64,000 nt of DNA from NCBI GenBank assembly GCA_976551045.1, contig CDPCPM010000014.1, positions 10,664,001 to 10,728,000 on the forward strand. Direction: 5' to 3'. This document shows positions 12,651-24,965 of the stretch, piece by piece (the first letter of the stretch is position 1; each line of letters starts with the position of its first letter). The notes under the pieces are model-generated. The model made no database searches. It was given only the letters and a program-made list of their open reading frames with translations, and was not told where the DNA came from. Source of the DNA: Glaucostegus cemiculus (lineage: Eukaryota). A program made the position numbers and the translations under genes.

Positions 12651-12799
12651 GGATGGACATCAGTACTTGCTTTACAATTGCCATCTGGGCTGGGAGCAAG
12701 TACTTTAGCCCAAATTTTTGCTTACAGTTAGGGTCAACACCACTGGAGCCAAACAGTGGAATGAGGATAGTATATTAATCACTGGCGTATTTTCTTAGT

Positions 12800-13160
12800 G
12801 GTATTGCTGTGTTGTGTTTAAACTGCTGGACTTGCAGTCAGAGTTCTGGATTATAGAATCAGAGATGTGAATTCCAAACCCATTGTGGTGGTTGGAAATT
12901 TAAATTCAAGTAATTAAATCAAGCTGGAATAATTTTTTTAAAGCTTCATCTCTAAGGTTAACCATGAAACTGCTGGAGTGTTGTATAAACCAATGTGGTT
13001 CACCAAATTCCTTCAGGGAAGGAAATCTGACATCCTTATTTCATCAAGCCTATTTGTGACACTAGGCCCACCAATGTGGTTGACTTACTTGTCAATTCAG
13101 GGACAACTGTGGGCAGGTGATAAGTACTGCTAGCAATATCTGCATCCTATGAATGAATAG
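12800..13160 (+). mobile_element. Old SINE, chondrichthyan family with gggaaggaaatctg core
   Basis: ccatgaaact...tggttcac...ttcagggaaggaaatctg...catcctatgaatgaata; a related decayed copy lies at about 44600. Confidence 0.65.
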
Positions 13161-13199
13161 AACAATACTGGCTTGAAAATTTTGATCATCAACTATCAA

Positions 13200-13636
13200 A
13201 AAAGTTGCATTTTTGTGGTAAAATGCCCAGTGGCAGAAGGGCGATGTAATGGAATGGTGTTATGTGCCAACAGTGTGTTTTGCAATAACTGAAATATGCT
13301 TGAAATATGGTCATTGTTGTAATGTGGGAAAACTCAGCAGCCATTTTGCATTGAACAGACTCCCACAGATTACAAACTGATAATGATAATCTAAGATATT
13401 TTAGTGGCATTACTTGAGGGAATGTTATTGATCAGCACACTACAATGGAGAGGACTTCTCTGCTCATTCTCAAGATAATGGGACTTGTTATGTCCATGCG
13501 AGAAACAGATAGGAACTCAGCTGAGTAACTTCAATAGTGCAGCATTTCCTCAGATACTGTGCTCAAGACTCTGGAGTAAGACTTGAACCTACCACCTTCT
13601 GATACGGAGGCAAGAGTGCTCCCAACTGAACCACGA
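13200..13636 (-). mobile_element. DeuSINE/SacSINE1-like tRNA-derived SINE
   Basis: Minus-strand head cgtggttcagttgggagcactcttgcctccgtatcagaaggtggtaggttcaagtc with A and B boxes; body includes ctgtgggagtctgttcaatgcaaaatggctgctg. Confidence 0.75.
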
Positions 13637-15794
13637 GGAATACAAAGAACAAAAAGAATGGGCTGTACCAGAAAGCTGTTTCTCACATAAGATTTTATCC
13701 TGTGTGAGGAATCTGCAAGATAATTCCATTGGTGATTCAACATCGTTAATATACCCTAATGAATTAAAATGTGTTTGTGTCCACTATGAGTGAAACCTGA
13801 GTAGTATATACTGAAGCTTTGTTAGTTAGGGAAGGATAGTTCCTGTAGTTCCTGTGATTGACCCCAGAGAACAGTCCCCAGGCGCTGAGTTTTTTTATCA
13901 CTCTATGTTCATAATGATACCACATCCTTCTCACTTCCTGTACCTGAGTGTTTGCTAAGCCAGCTGCTGGTGAACTGCTTGCCAGAAAAGGCTTAGTCAT
14001 CCCCGGAATCATAGTGGCAGTGTTCCGCTTTCCGGATATCAGCTGAGCTCTTGAGCCATCAAGTGTTGTTGATAGCTTGGATTCAAAGTGACCAGTTGAA
14101 CTTGCTTGTCTGGGAAGATAAGTTTTAGGTTGAATTAGAAGGAAAGGTGGCTGAAAAGAAATCAGGACATGTATTGCTGCTGTAAGACTTCATAATTTAG
14201 AATTTTATATGATAATTTAACATCATGGGCAATGCTGCAAATATTGTTCCTCTTGCAGGGTGCTGGAAACAGTTACTGCTGGAAGAGGCAGTACTTGCTG
14301 AATCATATTAGTGGTTTGGCACATCTGTCTTCATTCTTTGTGCAGCAGAACACTGGGAATGCCAACCAAAGCAGTGGTTCTCTATATGAATGTTTAACTT
14401 TTGCTTCACGTCACATTTTAAATAGCCTCAAAGACTATGTAAAACTGGTGCCGTGTGAGGGTCCATGTGAGGCTTCACTTGACAGCAATCTTCTGTCACG
14501 CTCAATATACAAAACCCATTGTGCAACCAGTGACAGAGGCCCCTCACCTGCTCCACAGTTTAGAAAAGTCCAGAGGTGTGGGATTAGTGATGGGAGGCCC
14601 TCAATGTGTATTATGGATCAGGATATCAAGGGTCAGAGATACAATCTGGTCTGGTTCCAACAATGGGCTGTTGGGACATGATTAGGCAGAAATCTAATGG
14701 GGGAGGGAGGTTGCGATTTGATTGGGAAGACTAAATGAAACTGGCAGTGAGGGGAGGGTGGGAACAATCACTAAGCCAAATTTTTAAAGCAGGGCTACTT
14801 TAGAGAAGGTCAAAGTCACTGACTCATGGACTGCAGAGCAGTTAAGTAATCTCCAACTCATTGTAAAGCAACCTTAGCTACATTGTTAAGTCCCATTTCT
14901 GTGTGAGTGGCCCATGCTGTTCATGGATCTTAGATGTGTTAAAGATCTTTCCACACATCACAGGTAGGGTAAATCAATTTCAGACCCACAATATGTTTAG
15001 TAATGGCATTAGATTAAATTTGTGTTGTCCACAGAAGTGGTGCATTATGAGAAAGGTGGTTTGCTTGGGTATGTACATAAGAAACTGGATAAAATGATTG
15101 ATTTCTGTTTCATGTGGAGAACACTGTAGATTAGGTATTGGATTAGGAGTGGTTAGCAGTGATTTACAAGATAGTGATTCTATTGTGGTTTTGGAACTAC
15201 TACTGAATGTTAAGTACAGAAACCCTGCATTTATATGAACTATAAAATGTGGTAATCACTCACTAAATCCAAATCAATTAAATGTGAAATGACTTTAAGT
15301 GTCTGCATACAATACAACAATACATCCACGTTATGACAAAAGTACTTGATAGTCCTCTCATCCATCTTGGCAGCTGTGTCTTCAAACATCTTGGCCCAAA
15401 GTCTAAAATGCCCTCACTATAGCTCTGCACTGCAATAAAGTCTATCCTTAAACCAACTTTCTTTTGGTCCCCCACCCCCCTAAAATATCTTCTGTGGCTT
15501 CTTATTGGTTTGCATCTTTGCCCTCCTGTAAAGAGTGTTAGAATGTTTCCAACAATGAAGGTGCTGTGTAAATGAATGTTTTTTCTTGTATAGAACATTA
15601 GGTACTGAAGGTTCCCTTGGCATCTGGCTGCAAACTTAAATGAAAACAATTGGGGAAGATTTGCTCTCTTGAGGAGAGAAAACTGGACACCATCAATATA
15701 ATGCTTAGTTCAGTCTGAATCTCATTTTGAATGAGGAAGTGTAAGGCAGCAGTTCTGGCCTGTAACAGTGCTGGGCAATATGAGAAGTGCCATT

Positions 15795-15860
15795 TCAAGA
15801 TTCAAGATTGCTTTATTGTCATTGAGCCGTTGAGACAACAGAACAACGAGATTTCATTGG
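15795..15860 (-). mobile_element. Short retroelement 3' tip
   Basis: Minus strand aatgacaataaagcaatcttgaatcttgaa is a polyA signal plus a tandem tail typical of LINE ends. Confidence 0.5.
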
Positions 15861-16039
15861 CACTCCCATGTCAGACAATAGGCACAGTACTTAAATATTA
15901 AATAAATAGAAAATAAATTTCCTTCCTAACGAAGTCTGAAATATTACCGCTGGACTGTCATCTGTAAGTCTCTTTTATATAGATTGATATGATTTGTTTG
16001 GACCTATTTCACACATTAGGAAACCATGGGCATTGTAAA

Positions 16040-16520
16040 TATGAAAAAACAGGAACGGAAGTAGGCCACCTAGCCTCTCAAGCCCGCCTTGTCACTTAAT
16101 ATGATTGTGGCTGATCTACTCCTCTTCTTCTTCTCCATACTCATAGGTTTAATTCCCCGATATTTCAAAAATGTATCCATCTCCACTTCAAATACTTCTA
16201 ATGATATACCCTCCACAGTTTCCCTTTTTCTCAACTCGAATTCCTTTGCAACAAAGGCCAACATGTGATTTGCCTTCTTAACTACTCGCAGCTCCTGTCT
16301 GGTAACTTCACTGTGATTCATACACAGGAATACTTGGGTCCCTCTATACTTAGCTCATTTGCAGTCTCCTTCTACTTAGATAATCTGTCTGTTGATTCCT
16401 CTCATCAAAATATGTGATCTTATACGTTCCCACATGTAATTCCATTTGCCAAATTTTCACCCACTCAATCCAAGCATTGTCAAATATGTTTTTATGTAAA
16501 TTACATTTGTCTCCCACAAA
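16040..16520 (-). mobile_element. Decayed CR1 3' fragment
   Basis: Minus-strand ORF remnants VKKANHMLAFVAKEFE and WVKIWQMELHV; 3' UTR-like gaagtaggccac...gattgtggctgatct. Confidence 0.75.
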
Positions 16521-16659
16521 CTTAACCCTTCCATTGCATCCTTTCCTGCATAGGCTAATCCTAGGACCCAATAATTCCAGGGTCAAGCATTCATTGTGCT
16601 GGAGAGGATTGGATTTGGGCACAAGGAATTATTTTTTTTCTATGGTATCTCACTCAACA

Positions 16660-17410
16660 GATGGCTTGATTGATGGGGCAAATTGGTCTCAGTGGAAGGA
16701 CATGTTTCAGGAAATGATCGCTACTGCGAAATATGTTAAAAGGATCAAAAAAATGAGGATGTGGGTTAAACTAAAAACAAAAATAGCTGTCATTCGATTG
16801 GGATATCTTCAAACAATCTGAACGAAATAGAAGAGTAGATTTGGTGGCAAGTAGCTAACAAGTGCAAAAACAGTGAGCTATTTTAATGTCCCTAATGTTA
16901 ATTTGGCATACAATCAGCAATAAGGATAGAGGGCACAGAACTGCTAAGTTGCATGAAGAAGAATATTTCTGGTCTGTGTAGAAAACTGTACCAAAGGGGG
17001 AAAATCCAGATTTAGTTTGGAAGAATAATGCTCACATGTGGAAGGAACATGACTGGGAGAGCACATTTGGGTAGAGATTTTAATTCTGTTAGATTTAGCG
17101 TAATTATGGAAAAGACAAAGATAAAATGGGAGTAATGGTTCTGAATTAGAGGAAAGCCAATTCTACTAGGTTGAGAAGTGAATCAGCAGAAGTGAACAGG
17201 AAACAAAGGTAGAACCGTTTCAATGCAATGGGAGACATCTAAGAAAGAAATTAAGGGGTTTGGGGTAAAAACCTTTGCACAAATAAAAATAACCTGGAAG
17301 GCCAAATCTACAAATCCTGGAACACAAGGTGCATAGATGTAGGATAAGACAATAAAGGGAATCTTATGTCAGACACAAAGAGGAGTGCTGGGGTTCAGTT
17401 AAAAGGGAAA
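16660..17410 (+). mobile_element. Highly decayed CR1 endonuclease-region fragment
   Basis: gggagagcacatttgggtagagattttaattctgttagattta resembles the GEHLGDSDH region of the CR1 at about 3100. Confidence 0.55.
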
Positions 17411-20034
17411 TCAATTAGTTCCTGTGTAGTAAATTTCCTATGGTTCTTTGTTGGGTTACAATACCATTGAGAAACTAGTGAAAGGAGGATCTAATGGCAG
17501 GACATCACAGGAAAGTTTGTAGAAGTTTTGTGGGATTATTGAGATTGTAAGGAGGTTTACAATTAAGTAGAAGATAAACACTTTTGTTCTTCCTAGTCTT
17601 CAAAATGCCCTTTAAAGACTAGTCTGAGGAGTCTTAGCTTAAAATTTTTCATGTTTCACCTGACCCAAACGAAAATGTTTTTTTTTCACTGGTTCAAAAT
17701 TACCACTGTGTTAGCTGAATGGCACGGCACCTTATCCATATTGTGAGCCTAGATAGTAGTATCATAAAGCTTTTTCATATCCTAGTCAAGCCAATGCAAC
17801 ACCTTTACGTTCTCCCAGCACTCATACATTCAGTATTCAGCAGGAAACCACGGTGGTAACTAAGAACTAAATGTTAGTTCTGTTGTTAAATGGTAATGCC
17901 TCAAATATTGATATCAATAACTTATTGTTTGTTACTGTCGTCAATGGATCTGCAGCACCGTTAACGGCCATTGGCCCATTTAAAATGGAAAGTAGGGCTT
18001 GGTTACCATTTTTGGACTGAACTGGGTGTATTCTGGGCTGTGCACCCTCTGATCAAAGATCATGTAGCACTGTGGCTAAGGAGAACCCAAAAGTTAAGTT
18101 TCTCTTCAATGTTGGGTTGGAGAGAGAAGCTGCAGTGCACATCTGAGATGTCATAACCAGGCCAGGCCACTGCTAGTTTGATATCGTCTCCTACTGCTCT
18201 CACCTTATATCAGAGACATTCAAGCTCAGAGGTCACCTGGACTGATTGACGTTGTGATGATCTGCAGCCCATAAACTTACCCAGAGCTTCAACCGAAGCC
18301 TGCTAGTTTGATACAATGCAATAGTCTCTTGGCAGTTCTACTGAACTCTGAAGGAAATTCCATCTAAAGAGACAGAACCCTGGCCGATTGTTATTTCCCA
18401 CTTTTTATAAGTCATGAGAAACTCGTCCCGTATTCGCCACTGAGATCAACTTGATTACTTCTGACCAACACCAGCTGCATGGATAAATATGGAAACTAGT
18501 CTAAAAACTAACCACACCCAAAAAGACCTTTCAGATAACAAGTTTAGTATGAAAATGTTATATTCCTCTGAATTTTCTCCCAGTTTAAATGCTTCTCACC
18601 AAAAAGTTGGTGCAGTTCTGCACACTTTGTTCTTTGGGGTCAGAGACTACTCCTAGTGTTGTTAACATCTGACTGTATTGTTTGAAGTCCAGCCAAAGCA
18701 GCAATGAGTTGGGCCTTTCATTGGCTGAGTGCAGTTACTGTGGCTGCTTTGTCTTTGTGCTTTGAAGAGGCACAGCCACTATTTGATCTTTAGCTCTTGC
18801 ATTAACAATTATTTGAATTATTTTTGTTAACCAGCAGTGAGGCTTTTGAATTGCTATGGAATAAGTGACTCAGTAGCCTACAACTGGCATGTATTTTACA
18901 CATCGAAACTGGAGGCCATCATGCATTGGAGTTGAATTCCACAATTTTTTTTGACTACTTGGTAAAATAATCATAAAGGAAACTTACCAGGAACAGCAGG
19001 AGTTGTGAAATAAAGCAACCAGATGAACTACGGTAAACCTACACTTATCAAGTTGATTGCTTTCAGCCATTCTTCAATTTGCAAAAGGGGATGTATTCCT
19101 GGAAAACATTTAGTCAAGTCAAATTTCCTAAATTGAAAATGCTGGGCAAAATGCATTGGAGGAACTTTGACGAATGCTCCTGTGCATGGCCTGCAATTCA
19201 TTACAGTGAGAAACAGCTTTGCAAATCAAAGATAACTGCTTATTCTCTGGTGAGGTTGGACCCTTGTGTAGCCACTGAGAGCTAGAATTTCCCGGCCTTT
19301 GCACTGACATCAGCTATCCAATTTCATTGAAATTTTTTGGCACAAGTGGATTGCCAAATGGTGGGAGGTGTCTGGCAGAGTGAGACGTGACCATAACTTA
19401 GACTGGGACTTGGGGTCGGATGGGCAGGGGAGGTGGGGTGAGGCATGGCATACCAGGAGACCAGGCAAATTGTTTTTGGACAAACGAATGAAAGCCCTTG
19501 GCCTTTTGCTTTAAATATTAATCTTTTATTTCTAACTTTCACCTCCTGCTGGATGGAAGTCCTGGTAGCTTCTCTCATGCTCCATCACAGGTTATCCTTT
19601 ACCTTAGGTACACCTTGGAAACACAAGAGACTGCAGCAAAAATCTGGAGCAAAAAATAAACTGCTGGAGGAACTCAGCAGGTCAGGCAGCATCTGTAGAG
19701 CAAAGGAATGGTCGACATTTTGTGTTAAGACCCTGCATTAGGACTAAGGGTGTATAGGGGAAGTAGCCAGCATGAAGAGATGAGGGGGAGTGGTGAGGCA
19801 GGAGCTGGCAAGTGATGGGTGGATCCAGGTGAGAAGTGGTTGATGGGCAGATGGTGTCCAGTGGGCACGGGAGGGGTGGAGATAGTAACAGAGGCTTGGA
19901 GGTGATTGGTGGAGACCACAAAGGGCTGCAGATCAGAGACACAAAAAATTCTGCGGATGCTGGAATCTGGAGCAATACATAAAAAGTGCTGGAGGAACTT
20001 AGCAGGTCAGGCAGCATCTATTGAGGGAAATAAA

Positions 20035-20072
20035 CAATCAACATTTTGAGCCGAGACCCTTCATCAGGACTG
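20035..20072 (-). ncRNA. Minimal hammerhead ribozyme motif, CpG-decayed
   Basis: Minus strand cagtc-CTGATGA-a-ggg-tctcgg-ctc-aAAA-tGTt-gattg; stem I cagtc/gattg and stem II ggg/ctc still pair using G-U. Confidence 0.7.
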
Positions 20073-20402
20073 GGAAAGAAGAGGGTAGAAGCTGGAATAA
20101 GAAGGTTTGGGGGAGGGGGAGGAGCACACGCAGAGGATAGGTGAGTCCAGCTGATAGGCAAGTCCAGGTGAGAGGGGATATGTGGGAGGGGGAGAAGATG
20201 TAATAAGCTGAGGGGTGATAGGCAGAAGAGGCAAGGGCTGAAGAAGAAGGAATCTAGTAGGAGAGGGCAGTGGACCATGGAATGAAGGATGGGGGAGGGA
20301 AGGAGAGGAGCTGGGCAGGTCATCAAGGTGGGGAAAGGGAACCATAGGAATAAGGGAAGACAAAGGAGTGGGGGGAGGAGGGGAGAAGAAAAAGGGGTGG
20401 AG

Positions 20403-20620
20403 TTACCGGAAGTTAGAGAAATCGATGTTAAGGCCATCAGGTTGGAGACCCCCAAGGCGGAATATGAGGTGTTGTTCCTCCAACCTGCATCTGGCCTCAA
20501 CGTGGCAGTAGAGGAGGCCATGGATAGACATGTCAGTATGGGAGTGGGATGTGGAATTGAAGTGGCTGGCCACCGGGAGGTCCTGGCTGTTGCGGCGGAC
20601 GGAGTGAAGGTGCTCAAGAA
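20403..20620 (-). pseudogene. PLE GIY-YIG endonuclease C-terminal remnant
   Basis: FLEHLHSVRRNSQDLPVASHFNSTSHSH...RLEEQHLIFRLGGLQPDGLNIDF has the EH, VAxHF, RxxxE and PxGLN hallmarks of PLE endonucleases. Confidence 0.88.
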
Positions 20621-21584
20621 ACCAGTTACCCAAGCTGCATACAGGAGCCACAGCGGGAGCAATAAATGACACCCTGGCTGTTGCTGTGCGCTGCAGATTA
20701 TGGAATCTGATAAGAGATATGCTAAAAATCCCCCCATTATCTGGTTTCACTGATCACCTTCTTCATCAGATTTCATAATCTGCCTCCCAGCAATTCCTCT
20801 CAGCAACAAAGCACCTGCATTTAGTTGGGACATTTAACTTTAGGGACAATTGATATTCTGTTACTACAAGTCCTCCCCAGGTTGCAAATCCCCAACTTAT
20901 TTACAGAGACTGGTGGGATGAATTTGCCAGCTGCTGCGGGGCTGCAGGTATTTTCTGCTAGTGGGAACTTGGTTTGCGGCAATATCATTGCATCTTGCAG
21001 AGAAATCTGAATGTTTGAGTTAAACGCCATGGTTTAACTACAGTTTGCCCTTGGTTGGCCTATGTTTTTATTTAAATGTATTGCCACCTAGGTGGTCGCA
21101 TTTCCCACTAGTGAACTGTTGCAAACAGTTCTTAGGAACCAAACCCTGCTGTAACCTGGGGAGGACATTTAATGGGTTTCTTTCTGAGATGGGAGTCAGC
21201 AGTTTAACAATTGACATCATTCTACATAACTCAGATTCCAAACTGTTGATAGTACGTGAGGAGAGTGGATTAAGTATGTGCAGAGCCAGACAGTTTTGTT
21301 TTGTGAACTATTGGATGTTGTCACATACCTGTCAGTGCTTGCATCATTTATTCCGGTACCTTCAGGTGGAAGAGGTGATTTCAATGAGGAGACTAGCAGT
21401 AAATGCACATTGCTACAGGAAGAGATTTCCTCAGTGACAGTATATGAAGCAAATTGTTAAATGTGTTTATAAAGAAATATAGAGAGAAAAAACTAAAATG
21501 TCCATAAACTCTGTCTTCCTTAAACAAACAACCCACAAATCACCTAGGAAACATTAGTAACTTTTTGATGTCAATTACCTTGCA

Positions 21585-21700
21585 CCAGAACCTAAAACAC
21601 TAACTCTGCTTCTCTCTCCACTGTTGCTGCCTGACCTGCTGAGTATTTACAACATTTTCTTTTCAGATTTTTAGCATCTGCAGTTTTTTTTTTCTTTTTG
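21585..21700 (+). mobile_element. PLE pLTR 3' end (family A)
   Basis: cctaaaacactaactctgcttctctctccactgttgctgcctgacctgctgagtattt...agcatctgcag. Confidence 0.75.
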
Positions 21701-21974
21701 CCTCTCATAACATTGATAGAGATTAAGGGGAGACTTTTTTGCTAGCACCTAATGCCCAGGAAGATTATTTGTGGCTGTTGAAGGGCGGTCATCTCAGCTA
21801 TAGAATGTCATTATGAGAGTTCACTGTGCTATGTCCAACCTTCTTCATTTGCTTCTCCAATGAGATCCAAGGGAGACTGTTTTTCCGTTGATTGCTGAGT
21901 TCAGTGTTATCAATTCCTCGGACAATGAGTCAATTCCTCATCAGATGCAGCATGAGCTGAACATCAGGCTTTGC

Positions 21975-22400
21975 ATTATGTTCACAAGCAGTAGGTTAAG
22001 ATCATCCCTTACAAGGGTGATTAATAACATGCCCTCAACATTCAGTGGCCTTATCATTGTTAATCCTCCCAATATCAACATTTTGGAGCTTTATATCACC
22101 AGATGTTTAATGGGCCAGCCACATCCATGCAGTAGCATCAGGAGTAGGTCAAAGGCTGAGATTTTTGAGGCAAATGACTCCTTTTCTCCCCCCAAATTCG
22201 TGCCAAGACCTGTCAAGATCCTGATGAAATACTCTTCATTTGCTTAGTTAAGCAAAATGTCAGCCAGGACAGAGTTGGCCATTTCTTTGGTATTTCATCC
22301 CCCACCTTAAATTTTTCCTGCCTACTAGCACATCATGGTTGTGACATATAACAATCATCAAAGCTACCTCAACATAACTCCCATGACTCACAATGCACTA
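21975..22400 (+). mobile_element. Decayed CR1-like LINE RT C-terminal fragment
   Basis: acattcagtggccttatcattg...cccaatatcaacattttgg...gagtaggtcaaaggctgag...atgaaatactcttcatttgc resembles a common shark/ray LINE; no intact motif. Confidence 0.55.
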
Positions 22401-24689
22401 CCTTCACAATGAAATGATTATTCTGCACAGCAGCCGCAGCAGAAATTATATTCTGAGTGGTGAGTTTATGTGCTGAACAAGGTGCTGCAGATGCAGATAT
22501 GATTGGTTAAGGAAACCCTGATGTACCTAGCAATAAGCTACTATATTTGCCCTGTGTTCTACTGGTTGAACTGTGTATGAGTGAATAAATGTGGAGTATC
22601 AATGTTATTAGAAAGTGGCATGATCATGGATCACCCAGGAAAGTCATAGAATCTGCCCGATGTTCAGGCATTCCCTGTTCCTAGGCGATCCAGTGTGCCT
22701 GGTTGTAGATTCAGAACCATTTCTCCAAATTGAAATATCAAACTAAGCTGTCCAAGCCAAAAGATTTTGCAACAATGGTTCTGAACGCTGGGTTTCTGTA
22801 GGATAGCCAGATCATTTCACTGGTTAACTGTTTTATGAAGAGTGGATGTTGGTCTAAATGTGAACAGAAGATCTGCCCTCAAGTTCCAGTTGACCTTTTT
22901 TCCCCACCAGCCTCTCCTCCTTATGGCCCTGGATCCAGCCACAGTTATGACTAATTTCCTTTGTGTTCACCACACTGTCAAAGAGTGCAGATGAAAAGCC
23001 TCACCTCCTGTAAATTCTGTTCAGAAGTGCACAAGCATGTTGCTGTTGAATTTCCTGGTGATAGGCCCATGATTAGCAACTTTCTTGGTCCAGAGCATGG
23101 CAACTGCCTAATGTCAGAGCAGGCATCAATGAAATTCAACACCCCAGTGGGGGATTTAAGGTAACACACCTCAAACCAGTTTTTGACCAATACAGTCAAC
23201 AGTTGTTTGCAATGCATAAAGCTGTGGCTCTGTACTCTTGCTGAAGCAAGTCCAGTAAGATTAATAATAATTATCAATCTAGTTGAAATTGGTTGACTTT
23301 TTTAAAAGGAAAAATGTTCTAATTGTTGCATTTCCCAGAGGTAACTCATAGTAAGAATACCTTGGTGCTTCTATATTGCCCAGACTTTGTTTTACCACAG
23401 TGGGGTAAATATTCTGAGAAATTTGAACTTTTTTTTGATTTACGCATCCATTGTTTACCAGGGGTTAAGAAACTTTACAGGGCATAGGGGAAGGGAAATG
23501 ATGAATGTGTTTTAGCAGCTTTGCCTCTTTACATTAGCCTATTTTTGTGGTTCCTGTCGGCCAAATGAAGCCAGGCACTTGTGATGCCATGGTGACATGT
23601 AGCCATAGTGATCATAGTGTGGTGCTCTCTTCTCAGTGGATTGGTACATCAGACATGCTTGGTCATAAGAAAAAAAATTAAACACATTAAAGTGAACTGA
23701 CTTTTTTTTACAATAAATAGCTTTTGCACTAGTTGTCTCCTTAGTAGTACAGAAAAGTTATTCAGTCAATATTTGGATATGCAGTCCATAGCATAAGCAC
23801 GTTATGTCTGCAGAAGAGTAGCAACTACCCAAGGGACTTGGTGTAGCAGAATCACTTGGGCCAGAATTTGAATCCCGTTCCCAGTTATTTGAGGTGCAAG
23901 TCACCTTTATCTGTTTTGGGAATTTCACTCCAGTAATTTATTGTAGCTCCACAACACGAAGACAATTGGGCGCGAGCTTGATGAAATTATTAAAGCGGTT
24001 GGAGTAATAAGGACCTTCTAAACTGGCTACACCAAATAAAAGGCCACCTGTGCTTTAACACCTGTGCTGTTTCTTACCTGACAGTACTTAATCCTAAACT
24101 GTGGTACCTGCAATAGCAAAATTGTTCACCACTAAAATTTTCGATCATCCCAATGTCACTGGAGGCATTTGTTACTTCAGGGGTCCAAATTATACTTAAT
24201 TTGCAGATGTTTTAGCTTGTTTGTCCTTATTTTATTCTGTGTACCTTTCCTTGAAATGCGAAACAGATATCTGTAGTTCAATACTTTCAAGTGAAAATCA
24301 GACAATTTAAATATGCAATAAACAATATTTTAAATTTCTAATTACAAAGAAATGACTGCTTGCCCTAGCTTTTGGGGTTCTTTATGGAGATATTACTTTT
24401 GATTTTTGTTCCCGGTGTCACCAAGACCTCGCTGTACCTCTCACCTGATCTCCTGGTACCTTTGTCTTCCAGCTGCCCGTTTTGAAAACTGTAATGAGCG
24501 TAAGACCATAATTATATAATTTGGATCATTCCTTTTAAATGTTGGAAAGGGGAAGCATGCAGGCAATGCTTTATCCTGCCTGGAGGATGGCCTTTTCTTC
24601 ATAAACACATTTTTCTTAAAATCATTCACTACTGCTAACAAGACAAAGGTGGCCAGAAGTGGCAAATCAGAATAAATGGCCTTTTAAAT

Positions 24690-24965
24690 CAGTTTTTCTG
24701 GGGTTTGTTGAGGGAGCAACACTGATCAAAACAAGGGAGAACAACCACCTGTCTTCAAATGTCTGGAGTTATCTGATTTTTCCTGAACTACAGAGAAAGA
24801 CCGGATCTTATATTGGCGTCTAACTTGAAAGAAATAATATGCCAAACAATGAACACTTAGTTAGTGTTGCACCAAAGTATCTGATTGTGTGCTCAAGTAC
24901 TTAAATGTAGCTGAACAAGTCTTTCTGACTTAGAGGTGAAGGCATTTTAATTAAATCAAGCTAAT
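24690..24965 (-). mobile_element. Decayed DeuSINE/SacSINE1-like copy
   Basis: Collinear with 13400-13636 (ttgaggga..., tgtgctcaag..., ttctga..., gagg). Confidence 0.5.

Larger units (their letters stand above)
19934..20689 (-). mobile_element. PLE, 5'-truncated: endonuclease C-terminus plus pLTR, 9-bp TSD
   Basis: GIY-YIG C-terminal peptide, pyrimidine-rich UTR, hammerhead motif and terminal gatgctgcctgacctgctaagttcctccagca on the minus strand; flanked by gctgcagat. Confidence 0.92.
19621..20717 (-). mobile_element. PLE pLTR (family B) host copy, split by a nested PLE (parts 19621-19933 and 20690-20717)
   Basis: aaactgctggaggaactcagcaggtcaggcagcatctg...; gctgcagat occurs at both 19925-19933 and 20690-20698. 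Confidence 0.85.

Noticed and set aside
20018-20737. 239-aa and overlapping ORFs as genes
   Set aside because: They are alternative-frame translations of the PLE and its low-complexity UTR.
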